43,780 bases of DNA from Bdellovibrionota bacterium (GTDB lineage Bacteria; Bdellovibrionota; UBA2394). Of this stretch, positions 33,820-42,752 are shown piece after piece; the stretch's first letter is position 1; each line of letters opens with the position of its first letter. A program made the position numbers and the translations under genes. The notes beneath the pieces were generated by a model, which made no database searches, was not told where the DNA came from, and saw only the letters and a list, made by a program, of their open reading frames with translations. The DNA is taken from the NCBI GenBank assembly GCA_044351695.1, contig JBILFF010000002.1, forward strand, positions 1 to 43,780. Reading direction: 5' to 3'.

Positions 33820-36800
33820 CTATCGATTTTTCATAAATCGTAGCGCCGCACTACAAGCATTCATTTCACGACCCAGAAAGGACTCTGCGATTTTTGATGC
33901 AGTTTGTGTTCCCCCGACGCCTAAAACTTTTTCGCGATATCTCAAGGCAACATGCGGACTTAAACTGCGATCGTCAGATCTAAAGAAAAGACTTTCAAAT
34001 TCATGACTCATGACGGCTCCAAAAAGATAAATCCAGAATAAAGCTTCGTAACCGCCGCCACCGATGTGAGAAAAACTAGCTACGGGGTAAGTGTCTGGCG
34101 GGAGAGCATAGAATAACTTTTTGCTCAGTTTTGATTCGATCACATCTGGGCTGTTTAGCATCGCTCCCAGAGATCCCTTAGATCTCGATTTTCTTCTTTT
34201 GATTTTTTTGTGTAACTCAAAATCCAGGCGGGCACGCAGGATTTGCTCTTGCTTTAAATGTGCTGAGCCAAAAACCATGGCCGCTCTTAGCTGCTCAATC
34301 TCTGGCTCTGAAAAAGGCTTGGCCGTTTCAGGATCAACAGCTGCAAGCTTTAAAAACTCGGGGTCAAAAAAACGTCTTTCATAAAAATTCGAAGGCATCT
34401 CCGTCATGTCGTCTACGGCTCGAAAACCTGAGATGGTTGAAAAGCTAACCTCCGTCAGAAGATCATGCATGGCATGACCTAACTCGTGAGCGAGAGTCGG
34501 GCCATCCCCCTCCGTCGACAAGAAAGATTTTCCGTCGGAATCCGGCGGAGAAAAATTGGCCGAAATCAAGTTGATAGGAAGGCTTGGCAACTTGCCGGGC
34601 GCGGCATCCCGCGCTTGCAAGCTCATCGAGAAGAACCAGCGGTCTTTGTCTGGTCGAGGAAAGGGGTCCAAAAGAATAATTCCAAGAGCTTTTTTTGTCT
34701 TCGTATCTCTCAACATGAAAGCGCGCACCGAAGGATGCCAGGCCGGATAATCTTTGATTTGCTCTGTTTGAAATCCAAACCGGCCACCGTAACGCAGCAG
34801 AGCCGCCAATGTTTGATCGAGCTCAAAGGCCTTTTCGAGCCTTGGGGCTAAATCGCCGAGAGTCTTTCTTTGATACTGATTGATTTCATACAACCAGTCC
34901 CAGGCCCGAATCTTTAGATCGCCTTTTTTATTTCGCCGTGCGCGCTGTTTTTGCAGAATATTTTTCTCTTCTTGGAAGGCGGTCCGATTCGCCTTTTCAA
35001 GGCTGCTTAAAAATCTTTCAAGATCCTGTCGTGTTTCAAAAAAGCTTTGCTCGATCTTCCAACTCACAAAGTCGGGGGAGTCATGGTAGTCCGCAATTCT
35101 TTCTCGTATTTCAAGAATGTTTTGAAGTAGCTCTAAATTCACCTCTGCCGCCAAACTGAATCGAGCTTGAAACACTTTTTTACGCGTGTTCGAGCGGTGC
35201 GCGTATCTCATCACTTTGTCGTACTGATACCAATGCTGGCTTTCGATAACGTACTTTTCGCCTTTTCGACGCAAAGTACTCAAAAAATCAACGGGTAAGC
35301 CGTCTAGTTCTTGGAGCGAAAAACTTATACTTCGCGAGCTCTCCTCAATATTTCTCTCGTACTCGATTTCGAGTCGCTCCAAGGTTTTCCAAAGGTTCGA
35401 AATTTTTTGTTGTGTCTCGCGAGTCTCATCGGGGTCATTTTCATCATCGAGCTCTGTATGATAAAACCGAAAATTTTCAATCTCATGTTTTAAAAAAGAG
35501 GCCTCCTCTTTGCTCAATTGGTCTCGATCGATCTCCAGATGCTGTAGTCGACGAAAAAGCTCAGGATTGCTGTAGTATTGTTCAATCCAAAACTCATAAA
35601 CACGAAGTGACTCTTTATCGACAGATTTGCGCAATTTCTTATCGCCTAAAACAACAGAAGCGACCGACAAAACACCATCTGCTCGAATACTTTGAGAATG
35701 GAGTGAATCAATGGCTCTCAGAAAGGCCGATGTTTCGGTGATCGTCTTGAGTTCTTCGATGTCCTTGCTCCACGACTCCAAAAGTTGACTCGTGAATTCT
35801 ACCACTTCGGTGGGGGTTTTAGGGATCTTCGGGAGCTCAAAACTAAAATGACCTCTCAGCTCTTTCTCGACTTCCTGCCAAGATCGCATGGGGAGCGGTT
35901 CAGGCATTGATTGAGAGTTGAGGAGTGGTGCGTGAGTGAGCAAACACGTGAGTGCAAGTGCCAAGACCTTTATCTTTTGCCAATCGGTGCTCGTGATCCC
36001 GCACCAGACTTGCTTGAGGGTCACACAAGCAAACAAGAGCGTGCCTGTGGTGGCATGAACAAGGCCGTGGCCCTGACGGTCGAGGGCGATGACTCCAAAT
36101 TTTTTATCACGATGCGGCGCAAAGCTTTTTTGTACAGCCGAGGCTAAATCATGACCATCTTCAAGTCGAACATGGATGGCTGTAGCAACGCCGGCTTCTA
36201 GAATTTGCTCGCCCACTCCAGTGCATGAAATCGCTCCACTTGGCCCTGCGTAATTGCCCGCTGGAGAGCAGCTATCTGAAATTCGACCCGGCCTTTCAAA
36301 GCCGCGTCCACCCGTAGAGGTTGCCGCAAAGCAATGCTGATCGATATCCACCGCCACGCATCCCACTGTTCCCGTTTGGCCTTCAAGCTGTCGAGTCCAC
36401 TCCTCTTCGCGTGCAGGAGTTTCTGGCTTTTTAAATGAAAGACCACGCTCCATCGCTAGTTCGGTAGCAAAGATTCCCGACATATTTCGGTCAGACTCAT
36501 CCAACAAAAGTTCAGCCACAGCACTGGCATGGGCAACCGATTCAAGATTGGAAACCGAGGAAAATCGAAGGTCTCTTCCGCGCATGAGAGAGGCCGAGAG
36601 CCGCGCCCGGCCATCGCGCTGAAGTTTGGCGCCAATGCCCGCATTAAAAAAAGGGCAGGCTTCGAGTTGTCTAATGCCGTGTAAACTGAGCTCTTGAGAG
36701 TGGGCCCCCGTTTTCATGAGTCCTTGCAAATTTTGAGCGATTTCCGAGATCGCCTTTAAAAGGTGGGGGGGGCGAAGCCGTCTATGACCAATACTATCTT

Positions 36801-36912
36801 TCGGCCCCAATCCAGCATGTAAAATAGCCAAGGGCAGGCCAAATTTCCGGAATTGGGCCTGTGGCCAAGCGGGTGGGGGGCGGTCTAAACTCGATCTATT
36901 GCTTTTGAGCAT
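33820..36912 (-). CDS. single 1030-codon ORF: N-terminal isoaspartyl peptidase/L-asparaginase (Ntn hydrolase) domain fused in frame to a complete M3 family oligopeptidase
   Basis: The N-terminal 300 aa or so carry LAILHAGLG, GQTGTVGCVAVD (Thr nucleophile), TSTGG, SCTGVGE and FGVIALD. A signal-peptide-like segment, WQKIKVLALALTCLLTHAPLLNSQS, sits at aa 311-335. The C-terminal 695 aa or so carry HELGHAMH...TEMPSNFYE (M3 zinc site). Confidence 0.75.
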   Translation of the reverse strand: MLKSNRSSLDRPPPAWPQAQFRKFGLPLAILHAGLGPKDSIGHRRLRPPHLLKAISEIAQNLQGLMKTGAHSQELSLHGIRQLEACPFFNAGIGAKLQRDGRARLSASLMRGRDLRFSSVSNLESVAHASAVAELLLDESDRNMSGIFATELAMERGLSFKKPETPAREEEWTRQLEGQTGTVGCVAVDIDQHCFAATSTGGRGFERPGRISDSCSPAGNYAGPSGAISCTGVGEQILEAGVATAIHVRLEDGHDLASAVQKSFAPHRDKKFGVIALDRQGHGLVHATTGTLLFACVTLKQVWCGITSTDWQKIKVLALALTCLLTHAPLLNSQSMPEPLPMRSWQEVEKELRGHFSFELPKIPKTPTEVVEFTSQLLESWSKDIEELKTITETSAFLRAIDSLHSQSIRADGVLSVASVVLGDKKLRKSVDKESLRVYEFWIEQYYSNPELFRRLQHLEIDRDQLSKEEASFLKHEIENFRFYHTELDDENDPDETRETQQKISNLWKTLERLEIEYERNIEESSRSISFSLQELDGLPVDFLSTLRRKGEKYVIESQHWYQYDKVMRYAHRSNTRKKVFQARFSLAAEVNLELLQNILEIRERIADYHDSPDFVSWKIEQSFFETRQDLERFLSSLEKANRTAFQEEKNILQKQRARRNKKGDLKIRAWDWLYEINQYQRKTLGDLAPRLEKAFELDQTLAALLRYGGRFGFQTEQIKDYPAWHPSVRAFMLRDTKTKKALGIILLDPFPRPDKDRWFFSMSLQARDAAPGKLPSLPINLISANFSPPDSDGKSFLSTEGDGPTLAHELGHAMHDLLTEVSFSTISGFRAVDDMTEMPSNFYERRFFDPEFLKLAAVDPETAKPFSEPEIEQLRAAMVFGSAHLKQEQILRARLDFELHKKIKRRKSRSKGSLGAMLNSPDVIESKLSKKLFYALPPDTYPVASFSHIGGGGYEALFWIYLFGAVMSHEFESLFFRSDDRSLSPHVALRYREKVLGVGGTQTASKIAESFLGREMNACSAALRFMKNR

Positions 36913-36980
36913 GTTAAGTTTACAATTAAGTAGGGATTCAATTCCCTACCTTAGTGATTTGAGATATTAGAAAGCGATTT

Positions 36981-37355
36981 ATGCAGCAAGCTACGAATTC
37001 TTCAAACCAGGACGAATCGAATAAAAATCTGATTCAGCTGACGGCGGCGGCAGTGGACAAGGTGCGAGCCTTAATGAAGCGAGAGTTGGGACATGAGTCT
37101 TCGGGGCTTCGAATTTCTGTGGTGGGCGGCGGCTGTTCGGGTTTTTCTTATAAGATGGGATTCGAAAATGAACCCAAAACCGGAGACCACGATTTTGTTG
37201 AAAATGGTCTGCGTGTTTTTGTGGATCCGAAGTCTGCTTTGTTTTTGAAGGGTCTTCAAGTCGATTACGTGGATGGCTTGAATGGTGCTGGATTTGTTTA
37301 TGAGAATCCGAAAGCGGCAAAGTCTTGCGGCTGCGGCACCTCGTTCGCGGTCTGA
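36981..37355 (+). CDS. erpA: A-type iron-sulfur cluster carrier (IscA/ErpA family)
   Basis: GGGCSGFSY and the C-terminal CGCGTSF cysteine triad, in a protein of about 124 aa. Confidence 0.85.
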   Translation: MQQATNSSNQDESNKNLIQLTAAAVDKVRALMKRELGHESSGLRISVVGGGCSGFSYKMGFENEPKTGDHDFVENGLRVFVDPKSALFLKGLQVDYVDGLNGAGFVYENPKAAKSCGCGTSFAV

Positions 37356-37435
37356 TCTCTCAGGGTGAGTGAAACTTCACAATTTCAGTAATTCAATTTC
37401 TTGAAAGGCGTTTCGCAAGTGTTTAGCCTTGGGGC

Positions 37436-37726
37436 ATGCCGAAGATTACATTTTTAAACTTGGGAGAGAGTTTTGAAGTAGCGCCAAACACTTCGATCTT
37501 GGAGTGTGCGATTAACAACAATCTTCCGCTCGAGCACGATTGCGGCGGTAATTGTGCATGTACTACCTGTCAAGTCTTCATTGAATCTGGGATTGAAAAT
37601 CTGACACCCATGGACGGAGATGAGAAAAGTCTTCTCGAGGCCAATGATAAACTTGACGAGAAAGCGCGATTGGGGTGTCAGTCACGAGTACGGTCTGGCA
37701 CAGTGGTAGTGCGAATTCCAGATTGA
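37436..37726 (+). CDS. fdx: [2Fe-2S] ferredoxin, adrenodoxin/ISC Fdx type
   Basis: C-x5-C-x2-C (CGGNCACTTC) plus a distal Cys (LGCQSRV). Confidence 0.85.
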   Translation: MPKITFLNLGESFEVAPNTSILECAINNNLPLEHDCGGNCACTTCQVFIESGIENLTPMDGDEKSLLEANDKLDEKARLGCQSRVRSGTVVVRIPD

Positions 37727-37803
37727 GAACTTCTCGAAGATCTTTCAGAAGAATCTGGGGGCGACTCGCAAAGTGTGACGACCAGAATTGAGGGAAGCAA
37801 GAG

Positions 37804-38190
37804 ATGGCGAAGAAGACACAAAAAAAATTAGGCTGGGCTGATACAGAAGAACTCTCGTTTCGATTGATCGACGAGTATCCTAATGTCGACCCGCGTCGGT
37901 TATCTCACGACGAGTTGTTTGATATGGTGACGGGATTGTCGGATTTTTCGGATAAGGCCAAGCCGAGCGCCACGAAGCTCGAGGAGCTGGCAACCAATTG
38001 GTATAGTGAGCGCTCTGAAATGGACGATGAATTAGGAGCTCTTGAGGATGTGGCGTCTGAGGATCTGGACGAAGATGATTATCGTGAAGATCGAAATTTT
38101 GATGAAGACGACGAAGATGAGTCCGACACTGTGAGTCTGGATGAAGTAGAAGAAGATGAAGACGAAGACGAAGAGGACGATCGTTACTGA
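37804..38190 (+). CDS. iscX: IscX (YfhJ)-like Fe-S assembly protein with a long polyacidic C-terminal extension
   Basis: LGWADTEELSFRLIDEYPNVDPRRLSHDELFDMVTGLSDFSD aligns by eye to E. coli IscX ([22 protein letters not shown]...). The last 55 residues or so are mostly D/E. Confidence 0.7.
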   Translation: MAKKTQKKLGWADTEELSFRLIDEYPNVDPRRLSHDELFDMVTGLSDFSDKAKPSATKLEELATNWYSERSEMDDELGALEDVASEDLDEDDYREDRNFDEDDEDESDTVSLDEVEEDEDEDEEDDRY

Positions 38191-38242
38191 TTTGATAAAA
38201 ACGAGTTTCTAAACTGAAAATCGCTCGCGGAGAGGAGGCCTT

Positions 38243-39382
38243 ATGGCAGAAATAAAAACAAACACGGCAGAGACCAAAACAAAGTCTCCGGCCCCGCATC
38301 GCTCAGTGGACCCCGAGAAGTTAAAAGCGCTTCAAGTGGCGGTCGCTAGCATTGAAAAACAATTCGGTAAGGGCAGCATTATGCGTCTGGGAGAAGACCA
38401 GGTGCGGTTGCCGAGTGAGGATGTGATTCCCACAGGATCTCTAGGTCTCGATATCGCTCTTGGTATTGGAGGAATTCCTCGCGGGCGTATTGTTGAAATT
38501 TTTGGCCCTGAAAGCTCAGGAAAGACCACGCTTACTCTTCATTTGGTAGCAGAATGTCAGAAAAAAGGCGGTATTTGTGCGTTTGTAGATGCAGAGCATG
38601 CCATTGATGTTTCTTACGCTCGTCATTTGGGGGTGAATGTCGATGATCTTTTGATTTCTCAACCCGATACGGGAGAGGAAGCGCTAGAGATCGTCGATGC
38701 GCTGATTCGCTCGAATGTGGTGGATTTGATTATTGTCGATTCAGTAGCTGCCCTGACGCCAAAGGCTGAAATCGAGGGTAGTATGGGTGACTCTCATATG
38801 GGGCTTCAGGCTCGATTGATGAGCCAGGCGCTTCGAAAGCTTACGGGAACGGTGGCTAAATCCAAATCGACAGTCGTTTTCATTAACCAAATTCGAATGA
38901 AGATTGGGGTCATGTTTGGTAATCCCGAGACAACCACTGGCGGAAACGCTTTGAAGTTCTATTCATCGGTTCGTCTCGACATTCGAAGAACGGGAGCTCT
39001 TAAGGTTGGTGAAGAAGTCGTGGGCAATAAGACCACAGTGAAGGTGGTTAAGAACAAAGTAGCTGCCCCCTTCAAAAAAGCTGATTTCGACATCGTGTAC
39101 GGTAAGGGAATCGATCGCGACGGAGAGATTTGCGACAAGGCCGAAGAGCTTGAGATTGTTCAGAAGGCGGGCTCTTGGTATTCGTACAGCGGCGAAAAGA
39201 TTGGTCAGGGTCGAGATGCGGTGATCGAGTTCATCCGAACGAAGCCTGCGATCAAGAGCGCTTTGCTGAAAGCGATTTATGAAAAGTTGGGCATCGCGAT
39301 GCCTAGCGGTAGTGCAGCGCTCAGCAACACTGTGCCTGCGGCCGAGGCCAAAGAAGTCGTGAAAAAAGTCCAATCAAAGTAG
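38243..39382 (+). CDS. recA: recombinase RecA
   Basis: [13 protein letters not shown], Walker [10 protein letters not shown], the [10 protein letters not shown] motif and [40 protein letters not shown] precedes the start. Confidence 0.97.
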   Translation: MAEIKTNTAETKTKSPAPHRSVDPEKLKALQVAVASIEKQFGKGSIMRLGEDQVRLPSEDVIPTGSLGLDIALGIGGIPRGRIVEIFGPESSGKTTLTLHLVAECQKKGGICAFVDAEHAIDVSYARHLGVNVDDLLISQPDTGEEALEIVDALIRSNVVDLIIVDSVAALTPKAEIEGSMGDSHMGLQARLMSQALRKLTGTVAKSKSTVVFINQIRMKIGVMFGNPETTTGGNALKFYSSVRLDIRRTGALKVGEEVVGNKTTVKVVKNKVAAPFKKADFDIVYGKGIDRDGEICDKAEELEIVQKAGSWYSYSGEKIGQGRDAVIEFIRTKPAIKSALLKAIYEKLGIAMPSGSAALSNTVPAAEAKEVVKKVQSK

Positions 39383-39399
39383 TTCAATTTCTGGGGATC

Positions 39400-39423
39400 A
39401 TCCGCCGAGTTTTCTCGGCGGAT
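39400..39423 (+). terminator. stem-loop directly after recA (10-bp perfect stem, 4-nt loop)
   Basis: ATCCGCCGAG-TTTT-CTCGGCGGAT begins 18 nt after the recA stop. The trailing sequence GCTTCAA is not U-rich, so intrinsic-terminator function is plausible but not certain. Confidence 0.5.
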
Positions 39424-39547
39424 GCTTCAACGCGGGCCGCTAACAGCGCGCTTCATTTTGGCTCCAAGCCAAATATTACTTAAGATTTTCATCACTCCTC
39501 ATTAAGATTGGATTGTCACAGTAATGTGGCACTGGGGGGAGTAATTA

Positions 39548-40951
39548 ATGAAAGTAAGTGTCGTCGCTCAAGTCGAGCGATTTCTTTACTATATTTTTCT
39601 AATCGTCATTCTATTTGCCTGTTTCTCGTTAGAGGCGCAGAGCGAAAAAATTGATCCATGGTTGCAAGAAGCGATGTCTCGAACAGATGAGGCGATTCCT
39701 GTAGTGGTGACGCTTGTTCCTGTGGAGCCCATTGAGTCGGGTTATTGGGGCGAGAAGCCCTCTCCCAACGAAGTGGAGTATCATCTCAAAAAAAGAAGCC
39801 TAGAGCTTCAGTGGCAAATGAGACAGCTCGTCAATGATTGGGCGAGTACCAACGCCGGCATTTCTCAGATCAAATATTTTTGGAATGCCAATGCGATGAT
39901 GGCTCAGATGACGCCCGAGCTCATTCTAGAGTTGGCGGAACTACCTGAGGTCACAAAAATTCTCTTCGATCGTCGAGTTCAACTCACCTATGCTCGCGGA
40001 GAGCCGGGTGCTCAAGCCGATTTCACTTATGGTCTTCAAAAGCTTGGAATTCCGCAGCTCCGGCAAGAGTACTCCGAGCTCACCGGTCAGGGTGTGGTTG
40101 TGGGCATTCTTGATACAGGCATTGATGCCAATCATCCTGAGCTCAAAGGCAAAGTGGTGGCTTGGAAGGATTTCATTCAAGATAAAGATCAGCCCTACGA
40201 TGACAACTCTCACGGCACTCATGTTGCCGGAACCATTGCTGGCTCGGGCGTTGGCGGAACTCAAATCGGCGTCGCCCCTGGTGTGAAGCTAGTCATTGGA
40301 AAAATGCTGAGTGGGCGCGGCGGTGGCAGCTTAAGTCAAATCTTAAGATCGATGGAATGGATTGCAAATCCGGACCGGTCTGCAGCTGGATCTTTGAGAC
40401 CGCGAGTAGTGAGCAACTCGTGGGGGGGGCCGATGGGCGATGACTTGCGAACAGATCCTTTTGTTCAAGCCGTCAATGCTTGGGTTCAGCTTGAGATTTT
40501 TCCTTCTTTTGCAGCTGGCAATGAAGGGCCTCGTCAAGGAAGCGTGGGCTCGCCCGGGGGAGTTCCAGAGGCTTTTGCCGTGGGTGCAACTGATCAAAAC
40601 GATCAAGTGACTAGCTTTTCATCGCGAGGACCAGTGGTGGTGACGGGGACGGACGGCAAACGATTGAGCCTGATGAAGCCCGAGATTTCGGCTCCAGGCA
40701 AAGACGTTTACTCGACTGTGCCGGGAGGGCGCTACGCCTCTTACAGTGGGACTTCAATGGCTACGCCGCATCTTTCGGGCGTGGTCGCTTTGCTCTACCA
40801 AGCGAATCCCAGCCTCAAAGTGGCGGACGTGAAAAAGATCCTCATGCAAAGTGCTGTGGATATGGGCCCCGAAGGTAAAGACAACTCCTATGGAGCCGGT
40901 CGAGCCGATGTCATTCGTGCGATTGAAGTTGTTCAAAAAGGGAGCTTTTAA
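39548..40951 (+). CDS. secreted subtilisin-like serine protease (S8) with an N-terminal propeptide
   Basis: Hydrophobic signal sequence. Catalytic Asp (VGILDTGID), His (HGTHVAGTIAG), oxyanion Asn (NSWGG) and Ser (SGTSMATPHLSG). Confidence 0.9.
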   Translation: MKVSVVAQVERFLYYIFLIVILFACFSLEAQSEKIDPWLQEAMSRTDEAIPVVVTLVPVEPIESGYWGEKPSPNEVEYHLKKRSLELQWQMRQLVNDWASTNAGISQIKYFWNANAMMAQMTPELILELAELPEVTKILFDRRVQLTYARGEPGAQADFTYGLQKLGIPQLRQEYSELTGQGVVVGILDTGIDANHPELKGKVVAWKDFIQDKDQPYDDNSHGTHVAGTIAGSGVGGTQIGVAPGVKLVIGKMLSGRGGGSLSQILRSMEWIANPDRSAAGSLRPRVVSNSWGGPMGDDLRTDPFVQAVNAWVQLEIFPSFAAGNEGPRQGSVGSPGGVPEAFAVGATDQNDQVTSFSSRGPVVVTGTDGKRLSLMKPEISAPGKDVYSTVPGGRYASYSGTSMATPHLSGVVALLYQANPSLKVADVKKILMQSAVDMGPEGKDNSYGAGRADVIRAIEVVQKGSF

Positions 40952-41001
40952 CAAAGCTCGAAGCCGTTGACCTTTTGGAGAGCCCTCACTAGTTTTCGCT
41001 G

Positions 41002-42327
41002 GTGTTAGAGGCTCTCCAAAATCGATTTGAAAAAACACTAAAAACTTTAAAAGGCGAGGCGAAGATTCGCCCTGCCCATATTGAATCCGCCCTTCAAGAA
41101 ATTCGAACGAATTTGCTCGAAGCAGATGTGCAGTTTCAAGTGGTGAAGCGCTTTATTGAGCGAGTCAAAGACCGAGCTTTGGGCTCAAAGGTCCTCGACG
41201 GTGTCAGTCCTTATCAGCAGTTTTTGTATATTCTGCGCGAAGAGATGCTTGAGATTCTGGGCAAGTCCGATGGATTTGAACTTTCAGGAAAGCCACCAGT
41301 GGTTATCTTAATGGTCGGCTTGCAAGGTGCAGGTAAAACGACCAGTTCAGGTAAACTGGCTCTTTATTTGAAGCGAAAAATGAAGCGGCGCCCCCTTTTG
41401 GTCAGCACCGATGTGCGACGACCGGCGGCGATCGAGCAACTTGAGCGGCTCGCTAAGGATGTGAAGGTCGATTATTTTAAAACCGACTCGATGCTAGCTG
41501 TGGAGCGAGCACAGAGGGCAATGGATTACGCCACTACCTATGGCGTCGATACTGTTATTGTCGACACAGCGGGCCGTCTCTCGATCGATGCCGAACTCAT
41601 GAGCGAGTTGGGCGAGATTCGCAGCGCTGTGAATCCAAAGCATATCCTTTATGTCGCAGACTCGATGAGCGGACAGGCGGGTCTTGAAGTGATGGAGGGA
41701 TTTAGCTCCCAAGTTGCATTGACAGGAGCCATTCTGACGAAGACCGATGCCGATGCTCGTGGGGGATTGGCCCTGTCTGTTCGAGAGAGTTTGGGAGTCC
41801 CGCTCTTTTTTGTGGGAACCGGCGAAAAAATGGAGGGTCTTGATCTATTTGTTCCCGATCGTTGGGTGGGTCGAATCTTGGGAATGGGAGATTTGCAGGG
41901 ACTCGTCGAAAAGGTTCAGGACGCTATGTCCGATGATGCCGAGGCAGAGAAAAAAGCCGAGAAGGTGGCTCAAAAGGCTCTCAAGGGCCAGATGAGTTTA
42001 AGAGACTTTCAGGAACAAATGAAAATGCTATCCAAACTCGGATCCCTCAAAGGCCTCATGGGAATGATTCCTGGGGTGAGTGGCCTCGCCTCCAAAATTG
42101 ACTCAGAGGCCGTAGAGAAGCGGCTCAAGCGGATCGATGCCATGATCAACTCCATGACCGTAGGGGAGCGCGAGAATCCCGACCTCCTCAATGGGGGTCG
42201 AAAAAAGCGGGTGGCTCTGGGCAGTGGAACCAGTGTTGAGGAGCTCAACCAGTTCCTTAAGGAATTCTGGCAGATGCAAAAAATGATGAAGTCTCTTAAG
42301 GGTAAGCCGATGGGGCGCTTTTTCTGA
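41002..42327 (+). CDS. ffh: signal recognition particle protein Ffh
   Basis: The N-terminus MLEALQNRFEKTL parallels MFDNLTDRLSRTL of E. coli Ffh. GTPase motifs are GLQGAGKTT, DTAGR and TKTDAD. The M domain is Met-rich. GTG start; an in-frame TAG lies 9 nt upstream. Confidence 0.95.
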   Translation: MLEALQNRFEKTLKTLKGEAKIRPAHIESALQEIRTNLLEADVQFQVVKRFIERVKDRALGSKVLDGVSPYQQFLYILREEMLEILGKSDGFELSGKPPVVILMVGLQGAGKTTSSGKLALYLKRKMKRRPLLVSTDVRRPAAIEQLERLAKDVKVDYFKTDSMLAVERAQRAMDYATTYGVDTVIVDTAGRLSIDAELMSELGEIRSAVNPKHILYVADSMSGQAGLEVMEGFSSQVALTGAILTKTDADARGGLALSVRESLGVPLFFVGTGEKMEGLDLFVPDRWVGRILGMGDLQGLVEKVQDAMSDDAEAEKKAEKVAQKALKGQMSLRDFQEQMKMLSKLGSLKGLMGMIPGVSGLASKIDSEAVEKRLKRIDAMINSMTVGERENPDLLNGGRKKRVALGSGTSVEELNQFLKEFWQMQKMMKSLKGKPMGRFF

Positions 42328-42386
42328 GATTTTTGTAGAAATCAGGATTTGGACTTTTTTGGCGAAGCTGCTAAGGACTCTGCAGT

Positions 42387-42680
42387 ATGGTTAAGATTCG
42401 TTTAGTTCGAAAAGGCACAGTAAAACGACCCATTTATCGAATTGTCGTGGCCGACTCTCGTCGTGCCCAAGGGGGCAAGTTTTTAGAGGTCTTGGGCAAC
42501 TACGATCCTCGCAACCAGCAGCTCAAGAAAGACTCTGAGCAAAAGAAAGAAAAAGGTCTGATCACCTTGAAGACCGATCGAGTTCTCTTTTGGTTGTCCA
42601 AAGGGGCACAGCCGACCGAAACGGTCAAAAAGATTTTCAATCGCGAGAAAATCAGCCTCGACGCTCTTAAAGCAGCTTAA
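42387..42680 (+). CDS. rpsP: 30S ribosomal protein S16
   Basis: MVKIRLVRKGTVKRPIYRIVVADSRRAQGGKFLEVLGNYDP is the canonical bS16 N-terminus. Confidence 0.95.
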   Translation: MVKIRLVRKGTVKRPIYRIVVADSRRAQGGKFLEVLGNYDPRNQQLKKDSEQKKEKGLITLKTDRVLFWLSKGAQPTETVKKIFNREKISLDALKAA

Positions 42681-42752
42681 GCGGTCCCTTTTAAGGCCCT
42701 GACATTCTGCCATTGGACTTCATGGTCGCTTTGGATTAAACGAGCCCAGTTT

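Noticed and set aside
36765-36772. G8 homopolymer tracts inside coding regions (36765-36772 in the asparaginase domain, 40422-40429 in the S8 protease) as possible phase-variation switches
   Set aside because: They simply encode Pro-Pro and Trp-Gly-Gly. At 8 nt they are at the low end for slipped-strand switching, and no evidence of length variation is available from a single sequence.
36927-36953. Inverted repeat TAAGTAGGGA-TTCAAT-TCCCTA(C)CTTA between the fusion peptidase gene and erpA
   Set aside because: It is a 7-bp perfect core, or 10 bp with one bulge. By a rough estimate, repeats of that quality are expected many times by chance in 44 kb. It is a possible operator, but not supportable from sequence alone.
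38191-38242. Search for a LexA/SOS box upstream of recA
   Set aside because: I found no TTAC-N3-GTAA, CTGT-N8-ACAG or other clear palindrome in the 52-nt leader. The only TTAC (38186-38189) has no partner half-site. A box may lie inside the iscX 3' end, but I cannot support one.
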